In this document: positions 39,398 through 48,961 of the stretch, in pieces
Position numbering within the stretch: position 1 is the stretch's first letter
Layout of the letters: every line of letters begins with the position of its first letter
Assembly: GCA_036676395.1 (NCBI GenBank)
Contig: JAKFCY010000002.1
Coordinates: forward strand, 1,408,001 to 1,472,000
From: Bdellovibrio sp.
GTDB taxonomy: Bacteria; Bdellovibrionota; Bdellovibrionia; Bdellovibrionales; Bdellovibrionaceae
Reading direction: 5' to 3'
Length of the DNA stretch: 64,000 nucleotides
Notes under the pieces: generated by a model
Databases searched by the model: none
Told to the model about the DNA's origin: nothing
The model's input: the letters and a program-made list of their open reading frames with translations, nothing else
Position numbers and translations under genes: made by a program

Positions 39398-40387
39398 TTG
39401 AGCTTGCGAGTGATGGCTGGTTTAATTTTTACTATGCTCAGCTCATTGGTAATTTCATCTAGCTCAAATGCTGTAAAATATAGCTCGCTTTTTAGATCCC
39501 TTGGTGTGGATGTGTCTTTTCTTATTCTCGATCATAGCAAAAATCCTAATTTTAGTCCCTTTGAGCAACACCGTTTTTTTAATCAGGGCATCGTTCATTA
39601 CTTAAACCCTGCAGACAACACGATCTTAGCTCATAAAGAAAATTATCAGCAGACTGAAGTTTTTTGTCAGCAACTCAAAGAATATTTTTTAAGAGACTTA
39701 AATTTCAAAAAAAATCAAACGACCAATCTTATGGTTGATAGTTCAACTGAGCCGATCCAGTTTTTTGATAAAGCAGATGTTGTCGATTTAAAATATAATA
39801 AAAACCTAAACAATATCCAGCTCGAGATTCAAAACAAAGGACTAGTCAGTTTTGATCATTTGTTTATCGAGCAAACTGACTCGTGCTTAGAGTTTGTAAA
39901 ATCAAAGTCAGCAAGCTTAGTAAAGCCCGTGCTAAAATCAGACTTAATCTGGTGTTCGTATAATTATAAATTATCAGCACCGCTGGCCAATGAAGATTTT
40001 TGGTTTTTAGAGAATAAAAATTACCAATCTGTTTTCGACAATTGTTTTTACTTACAACCTAAAAACAATGAGCTTGCGGTATGGGCTTTAATTCCAGATC
40101 ATCAGTACTTAAATCAGCAATTTCATAACGATTTTCAGGATCGATTGCGTCATAAAATTGAAGCTACATTCAGCTTTTTAAGTCTTTCGTTTGTAAATGT
40201 GTCTGAGCCTACTTTGCATTTGATGAATAGCCAAAAAGAGACTGTGGCTGAAAATACCAGAGTTTCTGGTTTTCCATGTTTTAGTTTTTATTCAAATGAA
40301 AATGTTTATGACTGGTTTAATCATTTTCTAAAAGTTTTCAATAAAAAACATAAAGTTAAAAATCCCCTTAAAGAGGCCTCATTATGA
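39398..40387 (+). CDS. hypothetical protein, possibly a degenerate FAD-oxidoreductase fold
   Basis: Long ORF with ATGA overlap to purB; N-terminal beta-alpha-beta-like pattern lacking GxGxxG; start uncertain. Confidence 0.65.
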   Translation: MSLRVMAGLIFTMLSSLVISSSSNAVKYSSLFRSLGVDVSFLILDHSKNPNFSPFEQHRFFNQGIVHYLNPADNTILAHKENYQQTEVFCQQLKEYFLRDLNFKKNQTTNLMVDSSTEPIQFFDKADVVDLKYNKNLNNIQLEIQNKGLVSFDHLFIEQTDSCLEFVKSKSASLVKPVLKSDLIWCSYNYKLSAPLANEDFWFLENKNYQSVFDNCFYLQPKNNELAVWALIPDHQYLNQQFHNDFQDRLRHKIEATFSFLSLSFVNVSEPTLHLMNSQKETVAENTRVSGFPCFSFYSNENVYDWFNHFLKVFNKKHKVKNPLKEASL

Positions 40388-41685
40388 TTAGTCGTTATCA
40401 AACAGAAGAAATGAAAAGTGTTTTCTTAGAAGAAAATAGATTTCATTTCATGTTGCAAGTTGAAACTGTTGTAGCCGAAGTTCAAAGCCAAAAAGGCCTG
40501 ATCCCGGTAAAGGCTTATCAAGACATTAAGAAAAAAAGTCGTATTAACTTAAGTCGCATATTGGAAATTGAAAAAACAACGAAACACGATGTTATTGCTT
40601 TCGTTAGCCAGGTTGCTGAAACAGTTGGTCCTAGTGGACGGTTTATTCATTTCGGTTTAACAAGTTCTGACGTATTAGATACAGCCCTTAGTTTGCAAAT
40701 GTCTGAAGCTTTTAAAGTTTTAGAGGCTGAAGTTAAACTTTTAAAAGGCACTTTAAAAAAATTAATTAAAAAACATGATAAAACAGTATGCCCAGGCCGC
40801 ACCCACGGGATATTTGCCGAAATCACAACTTTTGGTTTTAAGCTTGCCGGCTATTATTCAGAAATCGCCCGCGCTGAAGAGCGTATCAAAAAAGCCCATG
40901 CGCAATTTAAAATCTGTAAACTTTCTGGTGCGGTGGGAACATCAGCATCGTTTGATATGGATATCGAATCACTTGTGGCGAAAAAATTGGGCTTAACAGT
41001 AGAGCCATTTGCTACACAAGTTATTCCGCGCGATCGCCATGCCGAAGTATTTATGTCGTTAGCTTATATGGCCGCAGCCCTTGAGCGCTTGGCGATTGAA
41101 TTGCGTCATTTACAGCGCAGTGAAGTTTCAGAAGTTATCGAAGGTTTTACGCCTGGTCAAAAAGGCTCTTCGGCGATGCCGCATAAAAAAAATCCAATCA
41201 GCGCAGAAAACATCACAGGGCTTGCGCGTTTAATTAAAGGCTATGCGTGGACAGCTTTTGAAAATATTCCGTTATGGCACGAGCGTGATATTTCGCACTC
41301 TTCGAATGAGCGTGTGATTTTTGCCGATAGCTTTACGGCTTGTCATTACATCGTTCGCCGCATGAATTCGCTACTTTCTGGTTTATATGTAAATACCGAT
41401 AAGATGTTACAGAATTCGCATTTGCTGGGCGGAGTTTTATATAGTTCACATTTATTGCTGCATTTAGTTGAGAAACATAATTTTTCTCGTGAAGAGGCTT
41501 ATGCCGTTATTCAAAAGCTGGCTCACGGTTTAAAAGACGGTGATCATCTCAAACAAGCTATTGCTAAAGATAAGTCAGTTAAAAAGTATTTCACTGACAA
41601 GGATTTAAAAACGTTATTTTCTGGCGATCGCTATACCGAGGCCATTCAGCAAAGATTAAAGAAATATGAAAAAGTTATCACGTAA
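40384..41685 (+). CDS. purB: adenylosuccinate lyase
   Basis: MISRY, KHDV, HFGLTSSD, GRTHG, GSSAMPHKKNP, WHERDISHS. Confidence 0.98.
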   Translation: MISRYQTEEMKSVFLEENRFHFMLQVETVVAEVQSQKGLIPVKAYQDIKKKSRINLSRILEIEKTTKHDVIAFVSQVAETVGPSGRFIHFGLTSSDVLDTALSLQMSEAFKVLEAEVKLLKGTLKKLIKKHDKTVCPGRTHGIFAEITTFGFKLAGYYSEIARAEERIKKAHAQFKICKLSGAVGTSASFDMDIESLVAKKLGLTVEPFATQVIPRDRHAEVFMSLAYMAAALERLAIELRHLQRSEVSEVIEGFTPGQKGSSAMPHKKNPISAENITGLARLIKGYAWTAFENIPLWHERDISHSSNERVIFADSFTACHYIVRRMNSLLSGLYVNTDKMLQNSHLLGGVLYSSHLLLHLVEKHNFSREEAYAVIQKLAHGLKDGDHLKQAIAKDKSVKKYFTDKDLKTLFSGDRYTEAIQQRLKKYEKVIT

Positions 41686-42628
41686 GCTATCTAAATCAGA
41701 CGCTTTTTATTTAAAACCAGGAGACATCGTAGATGTTGTAGCTCCCGCATCGGCATGTTCAGAAGAGCATCTTAAATTGGGTCTTAAGTGGATCGAAAGG
41801 CTTGGCTTCAAGCCAAGATGCAGTCCACATGTCTTGCAACCTGATTTATATCTTTCAAATTCAGATGAGTTTAGATTTCAAGATTTTAAAAAAGCACTTT
41901 ATGCGAAAGATTCAAAAGCGATTTGGTGTTTGCGTGGCGGGTACGGCAGTTTCAGATTGTGGCCAGAAATGCTAAAGTTAACAAAAAAAGCTGCGCCTAA
42001 ACTTTTTATTGGTTTAAGTGATGTGACAAGTATGCATCAGTTTCTGAATCAAAAATGGCAATGGCCGACATTGCATGCCTCACTTTTGGATCGCGTGGGT
42101 CAGAATAAATTGCCTGCAGGAAACGAAAAAGAGCTCGTTGATGTGATCACGGGCCAGATTGATGCCGTTGAATATATGAATTTAACACCGATGAATGAAT
42201 TGGCTGCAAAAAAGAAAGTCATCAAAGGCACGGTGCGCGGCGGAAATTTATGCACGTTTATGGTCTCGGTCGGGACGAAGTTACAGCCTAAATATCAGAA
42301 GAAAGACAAAGTGATTTTATTTTTTGAAGATATTGGCGAACGCGGCTACAAAGTTGACCGCTTTTTGCAGCACTTAAGCCAAGCGGGTGTATTTACTCAT
42401 GTAGCTGCCATTGTTTTTGGAGATTTTGTCGATGGTTTAGAGGCCAGTGGACAAAGTTTGGTTCATGAAACACTGGCTCGTTTTGCTAAGCAATGTAAGA
42501 TTCCAGTTTTTTCCGGCGTCGAGACGGGGCACGGAGTTATTCAGCGTCCGTTATTTTTTAATACCCTCGCAGTGCTAACTTGTGACAAAAACCCTAACAT
42601 GATAGTCTATAAAGCGTATGCGCCATAA
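41666..42628 (+). CDS. ldcA: LD-carboxypeptidase (peptidase S66)
   Basis: RGGYG, GLSD (catalytic Ser), GGNL, FEDIGE, GH. Confidence 0.93.
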   Translation: MKKLSRKLSKSDAFYLKPGDIVDVVAPASACSEEHLKLGLKWIERLGFKPRCSPHVLQPDLYLSNSDEFRFQDFKKALYAKDSKAIWCLRGGYGSFRLWPEMLKLTKKAAPKLFIGLSDVTSMHQFLNQKWQWPTLHASLLDRVGQNKLPAGNEKELVDVITGQIDAVEYMNLTPMNELAAKKKVIKGTVRGGNLCTFMVSVGTKLQPKYQKKDKVILFFEDIGERGYKVDRFLQHLSQAGVFTHVAAIVFGDFVDGLEASGQSLVHETLARFAKQCKIPVFSGVETGHGVIQRPLFFNTLAVLTCDKNPNMIVYKAYAP

Positions 42629-43676
42629 TAGTATTGAACGAGCCTTAATTGAAAAGCTACAAGTTGCCATTCAGGATGTAACTCCTGGCGTGGTTGTCCG
42701 CGCCTATCACCACGGAAGAATGATTTGCGATATTCAGGTTGGACAAACTTATCCAATTTATGATTTAGCGTCATTGACGAAGGTGATCTTTACCCAGCAA
42801 AGCATCATGCGTGCCTACGATCAGGGGCATTGGAATTTAGAAACCAAAGTTAAAGATTTAATTCCTGATTTTCAATTTTCGGATATTAAAATTACAGAAC
42901 TGCTAACTCACACTTCAGGTCTTGAGTGGTGGAAGCCGTTTTATAAAGACATTAAATTAGACGACACTTGGCAAAATAAACGCCTTTGGCTTTTTAAAGA
43001 AATAAATCAGTCTGAACTTAAACAAACCGGCAAATCTGTCTATTCAGATTTGGGGTTTATGACTTTAGGATTTGTTTTAGAAGCGATTTATAAAAAAGAT
43101 TTATTACAGGTTTGGCAAGATGCTAAAGATGATTTTTATCCAACGACATCATTAGATTTTCATGTGAACAACGTGCCATTGAACGATGTCAGTCAGTATG
43201 CACCAACTGAAGAGTGTTCATTTCGTAAAAAAGTGATGCGCGGTGAAGTGCATGATGAAAACACATGGGCTTTGGGCGGAGTTTCATCGCATGCCGGTCT
43301 TTTTGGTTCAATTGATGATGTAGCAGCCTTTGGTTTAAATTTACGTTCTCAGCTTCATGGCATCGCTAGATATAAGATCAAACAAAAAACAGCACAGCTT
43401 TTTGCAGCCCGCGCCATTGATCAAGATGTCGGTGATTGGGCTTTAGGTTATATGATGCCATCGATTGAAAATGCGAGCTGTGGCCCTCATTTTTCAATTC
43501 ACTCGATTGGGCACACAGGTTTTACCGGTACTTCATTCTGGTATGATCCACGTCAGGATTTATTAGTGTTAGCATTAAGTAATCGAGTTAATTACGGCCG
43601 TGAAAACAGAAGGTATGTAAGTCTTCGTCCGCAAATTCATTCTTGGATTTATGAGGCCATTAAAAGGACAATATAG
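42618..43676 (+). CDS. serine hydrolase, beta-lactamase/AmiE-like family
   Basis: SxxK (ASLTK), LLTHTSG, YSD, GEVHDEN, HAGLF, GHTGFTG; no signal peptide. Confidence 0.9.
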   Translation: MRHNSIERALIEKLQVAIQDVTPGVVVRAYHHGRMICDIQVGQTYPIYDLASLTKVIFTQQSIMRAYDQGHWNLETKVKDLIPDFQFSDIKITELLTHTSGLEWWKPFYKDIKLDDTWQNKRLWLFKEINQSELKQTGKSVYSDLGFMTLGFVLEAIYKKDLLQVWQDAKDDFYPTTSLDFHVNNVPLNDVSQYAPTEECSFRKKVMRGEVHDENTWALGGVSSHAGLFGSIDDVAAFGLNLRSQLHGIARYKIKQKTAQLFAARAIDQDVGDWALGYMMPSIENASCGPHFSIHSIGHTGFTGTSFWYDPRQDLLVLALSNRVNYGRENRRYVSLRPQIHSWIYEAIKRTI

Positions 43677-43677
43677 T

Positions 43678-45105
43678 ATGTCTCAACACAGTTTAAAAAA
43701 TATCAAACCTGGGTCTCATGTTCATTTGATGGGGATCTGCGGAACCGCAATGGCCTCACTGGCAGGGTTATTAAAAGATAAAGGTTATAAAGTAACGGGC
43801 AGTGATTCAAATCCTTACCCGCCTATGTCGACCCAGCTTGAAAGCTTGGGCATTCAGATTCAAAAACCTTATAGCAAAAACAATCTTAATCCAAAACCTG
43901 ATTTTATTATCGTGGGTAATGTGATTTCTGCAAGCAATGAAGAAGCACAAGAGATGGTGCGACTACTGATTCCGTACTGTTCATTGCCGCAAGCGATGGG
44001 TGAATTTATTATTGATGATCGCATATCGTACGTAGTCTCGGGAACTCACGGCAAAACAACAACGACATCTTTGATGTCTTGGGTTTTAGATCAAGCTGGC
44101 TTTGAACCTGGTTTTTTAATTGGTGGAATTGCCAAAAATTTCGCGCAAAGTTTTAGAAATCCGAAGCAAAATGTATTTGTTATCGAAGGTGACGAATACG
44201 ACACAGCCTATTTCGATAAAGTTCCTAAGTTTATTCACTACAGACCAAAGAATGTGATTTTAACTTCAGTTGAGTTTGACCATGCCGATATTTACGCAGA
44301 CTTTGCTGCGGTTAAAGCTGCTTTTGTTCGTTTAATGAAAATGATTCCTGAAGACGGAAATTTCGTATTCTGGGGTGATGATTCAAATGTTTGTGAAGTG
44401 GCTGAATATTGCAAAATTAAAAATAAATTCTCTTATGGTTTTGATGCAAAAAATGATTTCACTTGTAAGATCGTTGAAGAAACTGAAGGTTATACAAAGT
44501 TTTCAGTTACGCATAAAGGTGAAAAATTAGCTGATTTCGTAACTACAATGACTGGTCGTTATAACATTCTAAATGCTACAGCTGTTGTTGCGCAGGCTTT
44601 TGCGAATCAACTTCCGCTAGATGGCGTGATGAAGGGTTTGTCAACTTTTGCAGGTGTTAAACGCAGGCAAGATATCTTAGGCGAGCCGGGCGGAATATTA
44701 GTGATCGAAGATTTCGCGCATCATCCGACAGCTGTAAAAGAAACAGTTTTGGCTATTCAAAATAAATATAAAAGTCGTAAAGTGTTTTCTGTATTTGAGC
44801 CTCGCTCTGCAACTTCACGTCGTAGAGTGTTTCAACAAGATTACGTCGATGCTTTCAGTGAGGGCCATGAAGTCATTATTGCAGAGGCTTTTGATCAGGG
44901 TAAGATTTCTGAAGAGGATCGTTTTTCTTCAAGTGAATTAGTTGCAGATCTTAAAAAGAAAAATAAAACAGCTCATGTGATGGCTAGTAGCGATGAAATC
45001 GTTAAGTACTTAAAACAAAATGCAAAACCAAAAGATGTAATTCTAATTATGTCGAATGGTGGCTTTGATGGTATTTATCAAAAACTTTTCACGGCGTTAG
45101 GGTAA
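43678..45105 (+). CDS. mpl: murein peptide ligase
   Basis: GICGTAM, GTHGKTTT, EGDEYD, EFDHAD, DFAHHP, MSNGGF; start ATG 43678 with SD AAAGGA. Confidence 0.95.
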   Translation: MSQHSLKNIKPGSHVHLMGICGTAMASLAGLLKDKGYKVTGSDSNPYPPMSTQLESLGIQIQKPYSKNNLNPKPDFIIVGNVISASNEEAQEMVRLLIPYCSLPQAMGEFIIDDRISYVVSGTHGKTTTTSLMSWVLDQAGFEPGFLIGGIAKNFAQSFRNPKQNVFVIEGDEYDTAYFDKVPKFIHYRPKNVILTSVEFDHADIYADFAAVKAAFVRLMKMIPEDGNFVFWGDDSNVCEVAEYCKIKNKFSYGFDAKNDFTCKIVEETEGYTKFSVTHKGEKLADFVTTMTGRYNILNATAVVAQAFANQLPLDGVMKGLSTFAGVKRRQDILGEPGGILVIEDFAHHPTAVKETVLAIQNKYKSRKVFSVFEPRSATSRRRVFQQDYVDAFSEGHEVIIAEAFDQGKISEEDRFSSSELVADLKKKNKTAHVMASSDEIVKYLKQNAKPKDVILIMSNGGFDGIYQKLFTALG

Positions 45106-45111
45106 TCAGTT

Positions 45112-45573
45112 ATGGCGATCATCTACACGCCATTAAATATCAATGATGAAACAGAACTTCGTTCTGCCGGTTATATTCATGAATCAACACCGCAGAATTG
45201 GGATCCAGCTTATAAAGTCACAGATGAACGCGTGCTTTTTTGGGTCGACTATTTAAAAGATTTACTCACTAAAGAAAAAAGTTATGCTGTCGTTGCAAAA
45301 GATGGATTGGCGATTGTCGGCCTTCATTGGTTAAAGCTTCATGATAAATTCGGTAAACCTAGTGCCTATATTGAATCACTTTGGGTGCACGAAGATTACC
45401 GAAAAAAAGGTGTTGGCCAAGAGCTAAAGCGCCTAGGCGAGGGTTGGGCAAAAGCTTCGGGTGCTACAGTCATCACCACAAGTGTTCATTATGCGAACAA
45501 AAGCATGATCGATTTTAATCTGAAATTGGGCTTCGAAGCCTTGCAGGTTGAAATGATCAAATCGCTTAAATAA
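45112..45573 (+). CDS. GNAT family N-acetyltransferase
   Basis: LWVHEDYRKKGVG acetyl-CoA motif; N..M..FN.KLGF. Confidence 0.9.
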   Translation: MAIIYTPLNINDETELRSAGYIHESTPQNWDPAYKVTDERVLFWVDYLKDLLTKEKSYAVVAKDGLAIVGLHWLKLHDKFGKPSAYIESLWVHEDYRKKGVGQELKRLGEGWAKASGATVITTSVHYANKSMIDFNLKLGFEALQVEMIKSLK

Positions 45574-45635
45574 TGCGCAGCAAAAAAAGCGCTTTAAAAT
45601 TGATACTCTAGGGCCTATTTTCTACACCTATCTGT

Positions 45636-48146
45636 ATGGCTAAAAAAGACGGCGAACTGACTCCATTGATGAAGCAATTTTGGGATATTAAATCACTCCA
45701 CCTGGATAAGATTTTACTTTTCAGGATGGGCGATTTTTTTGAAATGTTTTATGACGACGCCACTAAGGCCGCTCCCATTCTTGGAATCACTTTAACTCAA
45801 AGAAATAAAAAGTCTGAAGATCAAACGCCAATGTGTGGCGTGCCTCATCATTCAATTGGCGGACAGATCAATAAACTTTTAGCCGCAGGATTAAAAATTG
45901 CGATCTGTGATCAGGTTGAAGATCCTAAATTAGCGAAAGGATTAGTTAAGCGCGCGGTGACACGTATTCTAACACCTGGAATGGTATATGATTCTGATAC
46001 GCTTGAATCAACACAAAGCCATTTTATCACTGGTCTTGATAAGGCTTCTGTAAGTTTTATTGATACAACAACGGGTGAATCATTTTATTTTTTAGTCGAT
46101 GATTTAGCCGCGCAATTAAAATTGATTTCAATTCTACCTGTAGCTGAGCTTGTTCTAGATGAAGCAACATGGGCACCTGAGCAATTAGAAATTATTAAAA
46201 AATCCCTGTCACTAGTAACTAATTACAAAGCTGAAAAAATAAAATTAGCAGATGTTCCTGTTTCAGCTGATTTATTACAGCAATATGTCTTTAGTCTTGC
46301 TGATGATAATATCCAAAAAATTTTACAACCCTTTGTTCAGCGTGAAACTGAGCATAGATTAAATCTTTCTACGCAAACTCTTCGCCACTTAGAAATCTTT
46401 GCAACTTACAAAGGTGACGAGCAGGGGTCTTTATTTCAGGCGATTAACAGAACTAAAACTTCTTCAGGTGCGCGTTTACTGCGTCAGTGGATTTTGTTTC
46501 CACTACGCAATAAACAAAGCATCGAAAAACGTTTTGATCTGATTCATTTCTTTCGTGAAGATATGTACTTACTTAAAAAGCTTCGCGAGATCTTATCTGG
46601 TATGGGCGATATTGAGCGCCGTATGTCTAAGATTGCGCAACCGCAATGTAATGCGCGCGATTTAACTAGTCTTGCGACTTCGGTAAGTTATGCGCTAGAT
46701 GCTTTTGATAAATCGAAAAATATTTTAAAATCACGAATCAACACCGATGTCTTAAACTCATTAGTTCACGAAATTAAGACGACGGTTTTAGAAGATGCGC
46801 CACTTAGTTTAAAACAGGGCTTTATCATTCAAAAAGGTGTTTCTACTGAGCTTGATGAATTAATTGATCTTTCGACGAATGCGCATGCACTTGTTGAAAA
46901 AATGGAAGCTAAAGAAAAAGAAGCTACTGGAATTAATTCTTTAAAAATTCGTTATAACAACGTTTTTGGCTATTATATCGAAATCACGCATCTGCATAAA
47001 GATAAAGTGCCAAGCCGTTATCAACGTAAACAGACTTTAGCTAACGCAGAACGTTTTTGTACGGATGAATTAATTGAGCTCGAGAAAAAAGTATTATCAG
47101 CGCAAACTAAACGTAATGATTTAGAATTTGCAATTTTTGATGAATTAAGAAATCGCGTTTTAAATACGGCGAGTGAATTGTTGAAATTAGCAAGTTACTG
47201 TTCTGAACTTGATGTACTTAGTGGTCTTGCCTGGTTATCGCTAGAAGAAAGTTACTGTCGTCCCGTATTCTCAACAGGCGAATTAAAAATCACTCAATCG
47301 CGCCATCCAGTGGTCGAGCAATTTCAGCGTGGGAAATTCGTTGCCAACAATATTCAATTAGACAAAAACGATTGTTATTTGATTACCGGTCCAAATATGG
47401 CCGGTAAGTCTACGTTAATGCGTCAGGTGGCATTAACGGCGCTACTTGCGCAATTGGGCTCATACGTTCCGGCGACTGAAGCCATTCTTCCGTTATACGA
47501 TTCAATCTTTACTCGTATTGGCGCAAGTGATCAGTTAAGCGAAGGTCTATCAACTTTCATGGTTGAGATGACTGAAACAGCGACGATGTTAAAACAAGCG
47601 ACAGCGAATTCATTATTAATCTTAGATGAAGTCGGGCGCGGTACAGCTACGTTTGATGGTCTGTGTTTAGCGCAAAGCATTTTAGAACATATTCTAAATG
47701 ATGTGAAAGCTCAGGTGTTCTTCGCGACTCATTACCATGAGTTAACTTCAATGGACCAAGTTTTTAGCGAAGTTAAAAACGTGCATATGAAAATCCACGA
47801 CAACGGTGGCCAGATTGAATTTTTACATATTCTACATTACGGACCAGCAGGGCAAAGCTACGGGGTTCAGGTCGCAGAACTTGCAGGCCTTCCGAAATCA
47901 ATCACCGAGCGTGCGAAGTTATTGCTTCATGATTTAGAAAATAAGAAATCTGTAAAAGTGGTCGAGAAGGTTGTTGAAAAGACTCCTACAGTTAAAGCTA
48001 CGAATCAGTTGTCGCTGTTTGATAAGCCTGCCATTGATCGCAAAGCAGAAGCCTTGATGGAAGAGCTTAAAAAGCTTTCGATTACTAATACGTCGCCATT
48101 ACAAGCGTTGAATCAAATCGCTAAATGGCAAGAGTTGTTGAATTAG
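45636..48146 (+). CDS. mutS: DNA mismatch repair protein MutS
   Basis: TPLMKQ, FRMGDFFEMF, GPNMAGKS, STFMVEM, DEVGRG, ATHYHEL. Confidence 0.99.
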   Translation: MAKKDGELTPLMKQFWDIKSLHLDKILLFRMGDFFEMFYDDATKAAPILGITLTQRNKKSEDQTPMCGVPHHSIGGQINKLLAAGLKIAICDQVEDPKLAKGLVKRAVTRILTPGMVYDSDTLESTQSHFITGLDKASVSFIDTTTGESFYFLVDDLAAQLKLISILPVAELVLDEATWAPEQLEIIKKSLSLVTNYKAEKIKLADVPVSADLLQQYVFSLADDNIQKILQPFVQRETEHRLNLSTQTLRHLEIFATYKGDEQGSLFQAINRTKTSSGARLLRQWILFPLRNKQSIEKRFDLIHFFREDMYLLKKLREILSGMGDIERRMSKIAQPQCNARDLTSLATSVSYALDAFDKSKNILKSRINTDVLNSLVHEIKTTVLEDAPLSLKQGFIIQKGVSTELDELIDLSTNAHALVEKMEAKEKEATGINSLKIRYNNVFGYYIEITHLHKDKVPSRYQRKQTLANAERFCTDELIELEKKVLSAQTKRNDLEFAIFDELRNRVLNTASELLKLASYCSELDVLSGLAWLSLEESYCRPVFSTGELKITQSRHPVVEQFQRGKFVANNIQLDKNDCYLITGPNMAGKSTLMRQVALTALLAQLGSYVPATEAILPLYDSIFTRIGASDQLSEGLSTFMVEMTETATMLKQATANSLLILDEVGRGTATFDGLCLAQSILEHILNDVKAQVFFATHYHELTSMDQVFSEVKNVHMKIHDNGGQIEFLHILHYGPAGQSYGVQVAELAGLPKSITERAKLLLHDLENKKSVKVVEKVVEKTPTVKATNQLSLFDKPAIDRKAEALMEELKKLSITNTSPLQALNQIAKWQELLN

Positions 48147-48218
48147 GAAATTAGGTAGGCCGTCCCTTTTTCGGGAGCGGCGTGCCGACGGTCAACTTCC
48201 GGCTGAAGAGTCACAAAT

Positions 48219-48256
48219 AAAAAAAAGAGCGGCTTTTAGGGCTGCTCTTTTAGTTT
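48219..48256. terminator. bidirectional intrinsic terminator
   Basis: A-tract, AAAAGAGCGGC/GCTGCTCTTTT stem, T-tract, between convergent genes. Confidence 0.8.
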
Positions 48257-48272
48257 TAATTAAAAATTTAAA

Positions 48273-48482
48273 TTACTTAGTTGGCTTTTGGTTTTGACCG
48301 TTTGGTCCGCCGGCTTTAGTTCCAACGTGCGTGCGCCAGTTGTACTCGTCGCCTTTGATGTAACGGTTAGCCCAGTCATCCCATTTACGTTTTGGAAGTT
48401 TGTGTACTACGTTGCCTTTGTCGTCGAAAATTTCAGGATCTTTACCGAATAATACATCGCCGATTGTTTTTAAAATTCCCAT
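48273..48482 (-). CDS. small hypothetical protein
   Basis: SD AGGAG, 69 aa, ends before the terminator. Confidence 0.75.
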   Translation of the reverse strand: MGILKTIGDVLFGKDPEIFDDKGNVVHKLPKRKWDDWANRYIKGDEYNWRTHVGTKAGGPNGQNQKPTK

Positions 48483-48533
48483 GTTGTCTCCTGGCGTGTC
48501 TGCGACACGACATCTCCAATAGGGATATCCTAA

Positions 48534-48788
48534 CTACATTTTTGGATTAGCGCAAATATCAATATAATCTAGACCCTTTTCTTCGCCTGGGTATTCACCA
48601 TTTGTCAGCTTTTGAAAGCAGGCTTTTGACGCAACTTTAAAGGCTTCTTGTTTAGATTCTGCCTGCAATGTAAGCGTGAATGAGTCTTTAGCTTTAGGCT
48701 TGTATGTGAAAGTCCAATCTTTTGAAGCTGCCATTACTGTCGAGCCTAGGATTGTAACTAGTGCGAAAGATAATAATGATGTTTTCAT
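48534..48788 (-). CDS. small secreted hypothetical protein
   Basis: SD AAGGAG, signal peptide, two Cys. Confidence 0.8.
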   Translation of the reverse strand: MKTSLLSFALVTILGSTVMAASKDWTFTYKPKAKDSFTLTLQAESKQEAFKVASKACFQKLTNGEYPGEEKGLDYIDICANPKM

Positions 48789-48961
48789 AAGGGACTCCTT
48801 TTTGTTTAAAGCCTTGATACTCTAGATACATTACACAACCTGTGCCAACCAACTGGGTCAGGTTGATCCAGTTTAGGCGAATAGGGTGGATTTGACCTGC
48901 GTGGGGGTGTTAGTTTAATAACAGCTGTAGGAGTGAGGCTAACACCCGTCTCAAAATAAGA

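Noticed and set aside
42618..43676. Beta-lactam resistance gene
   Set aside because: No signal peptide, YSD rather than class C YxN, and the context indicates peptidoglycan recycling
48833..48847. Sigma54-like promoter TGGCAC-N5-GTGT on the minus strand
   Set aside because: The -24 element is good but the -12 GC is replaced by GT; too weak to call
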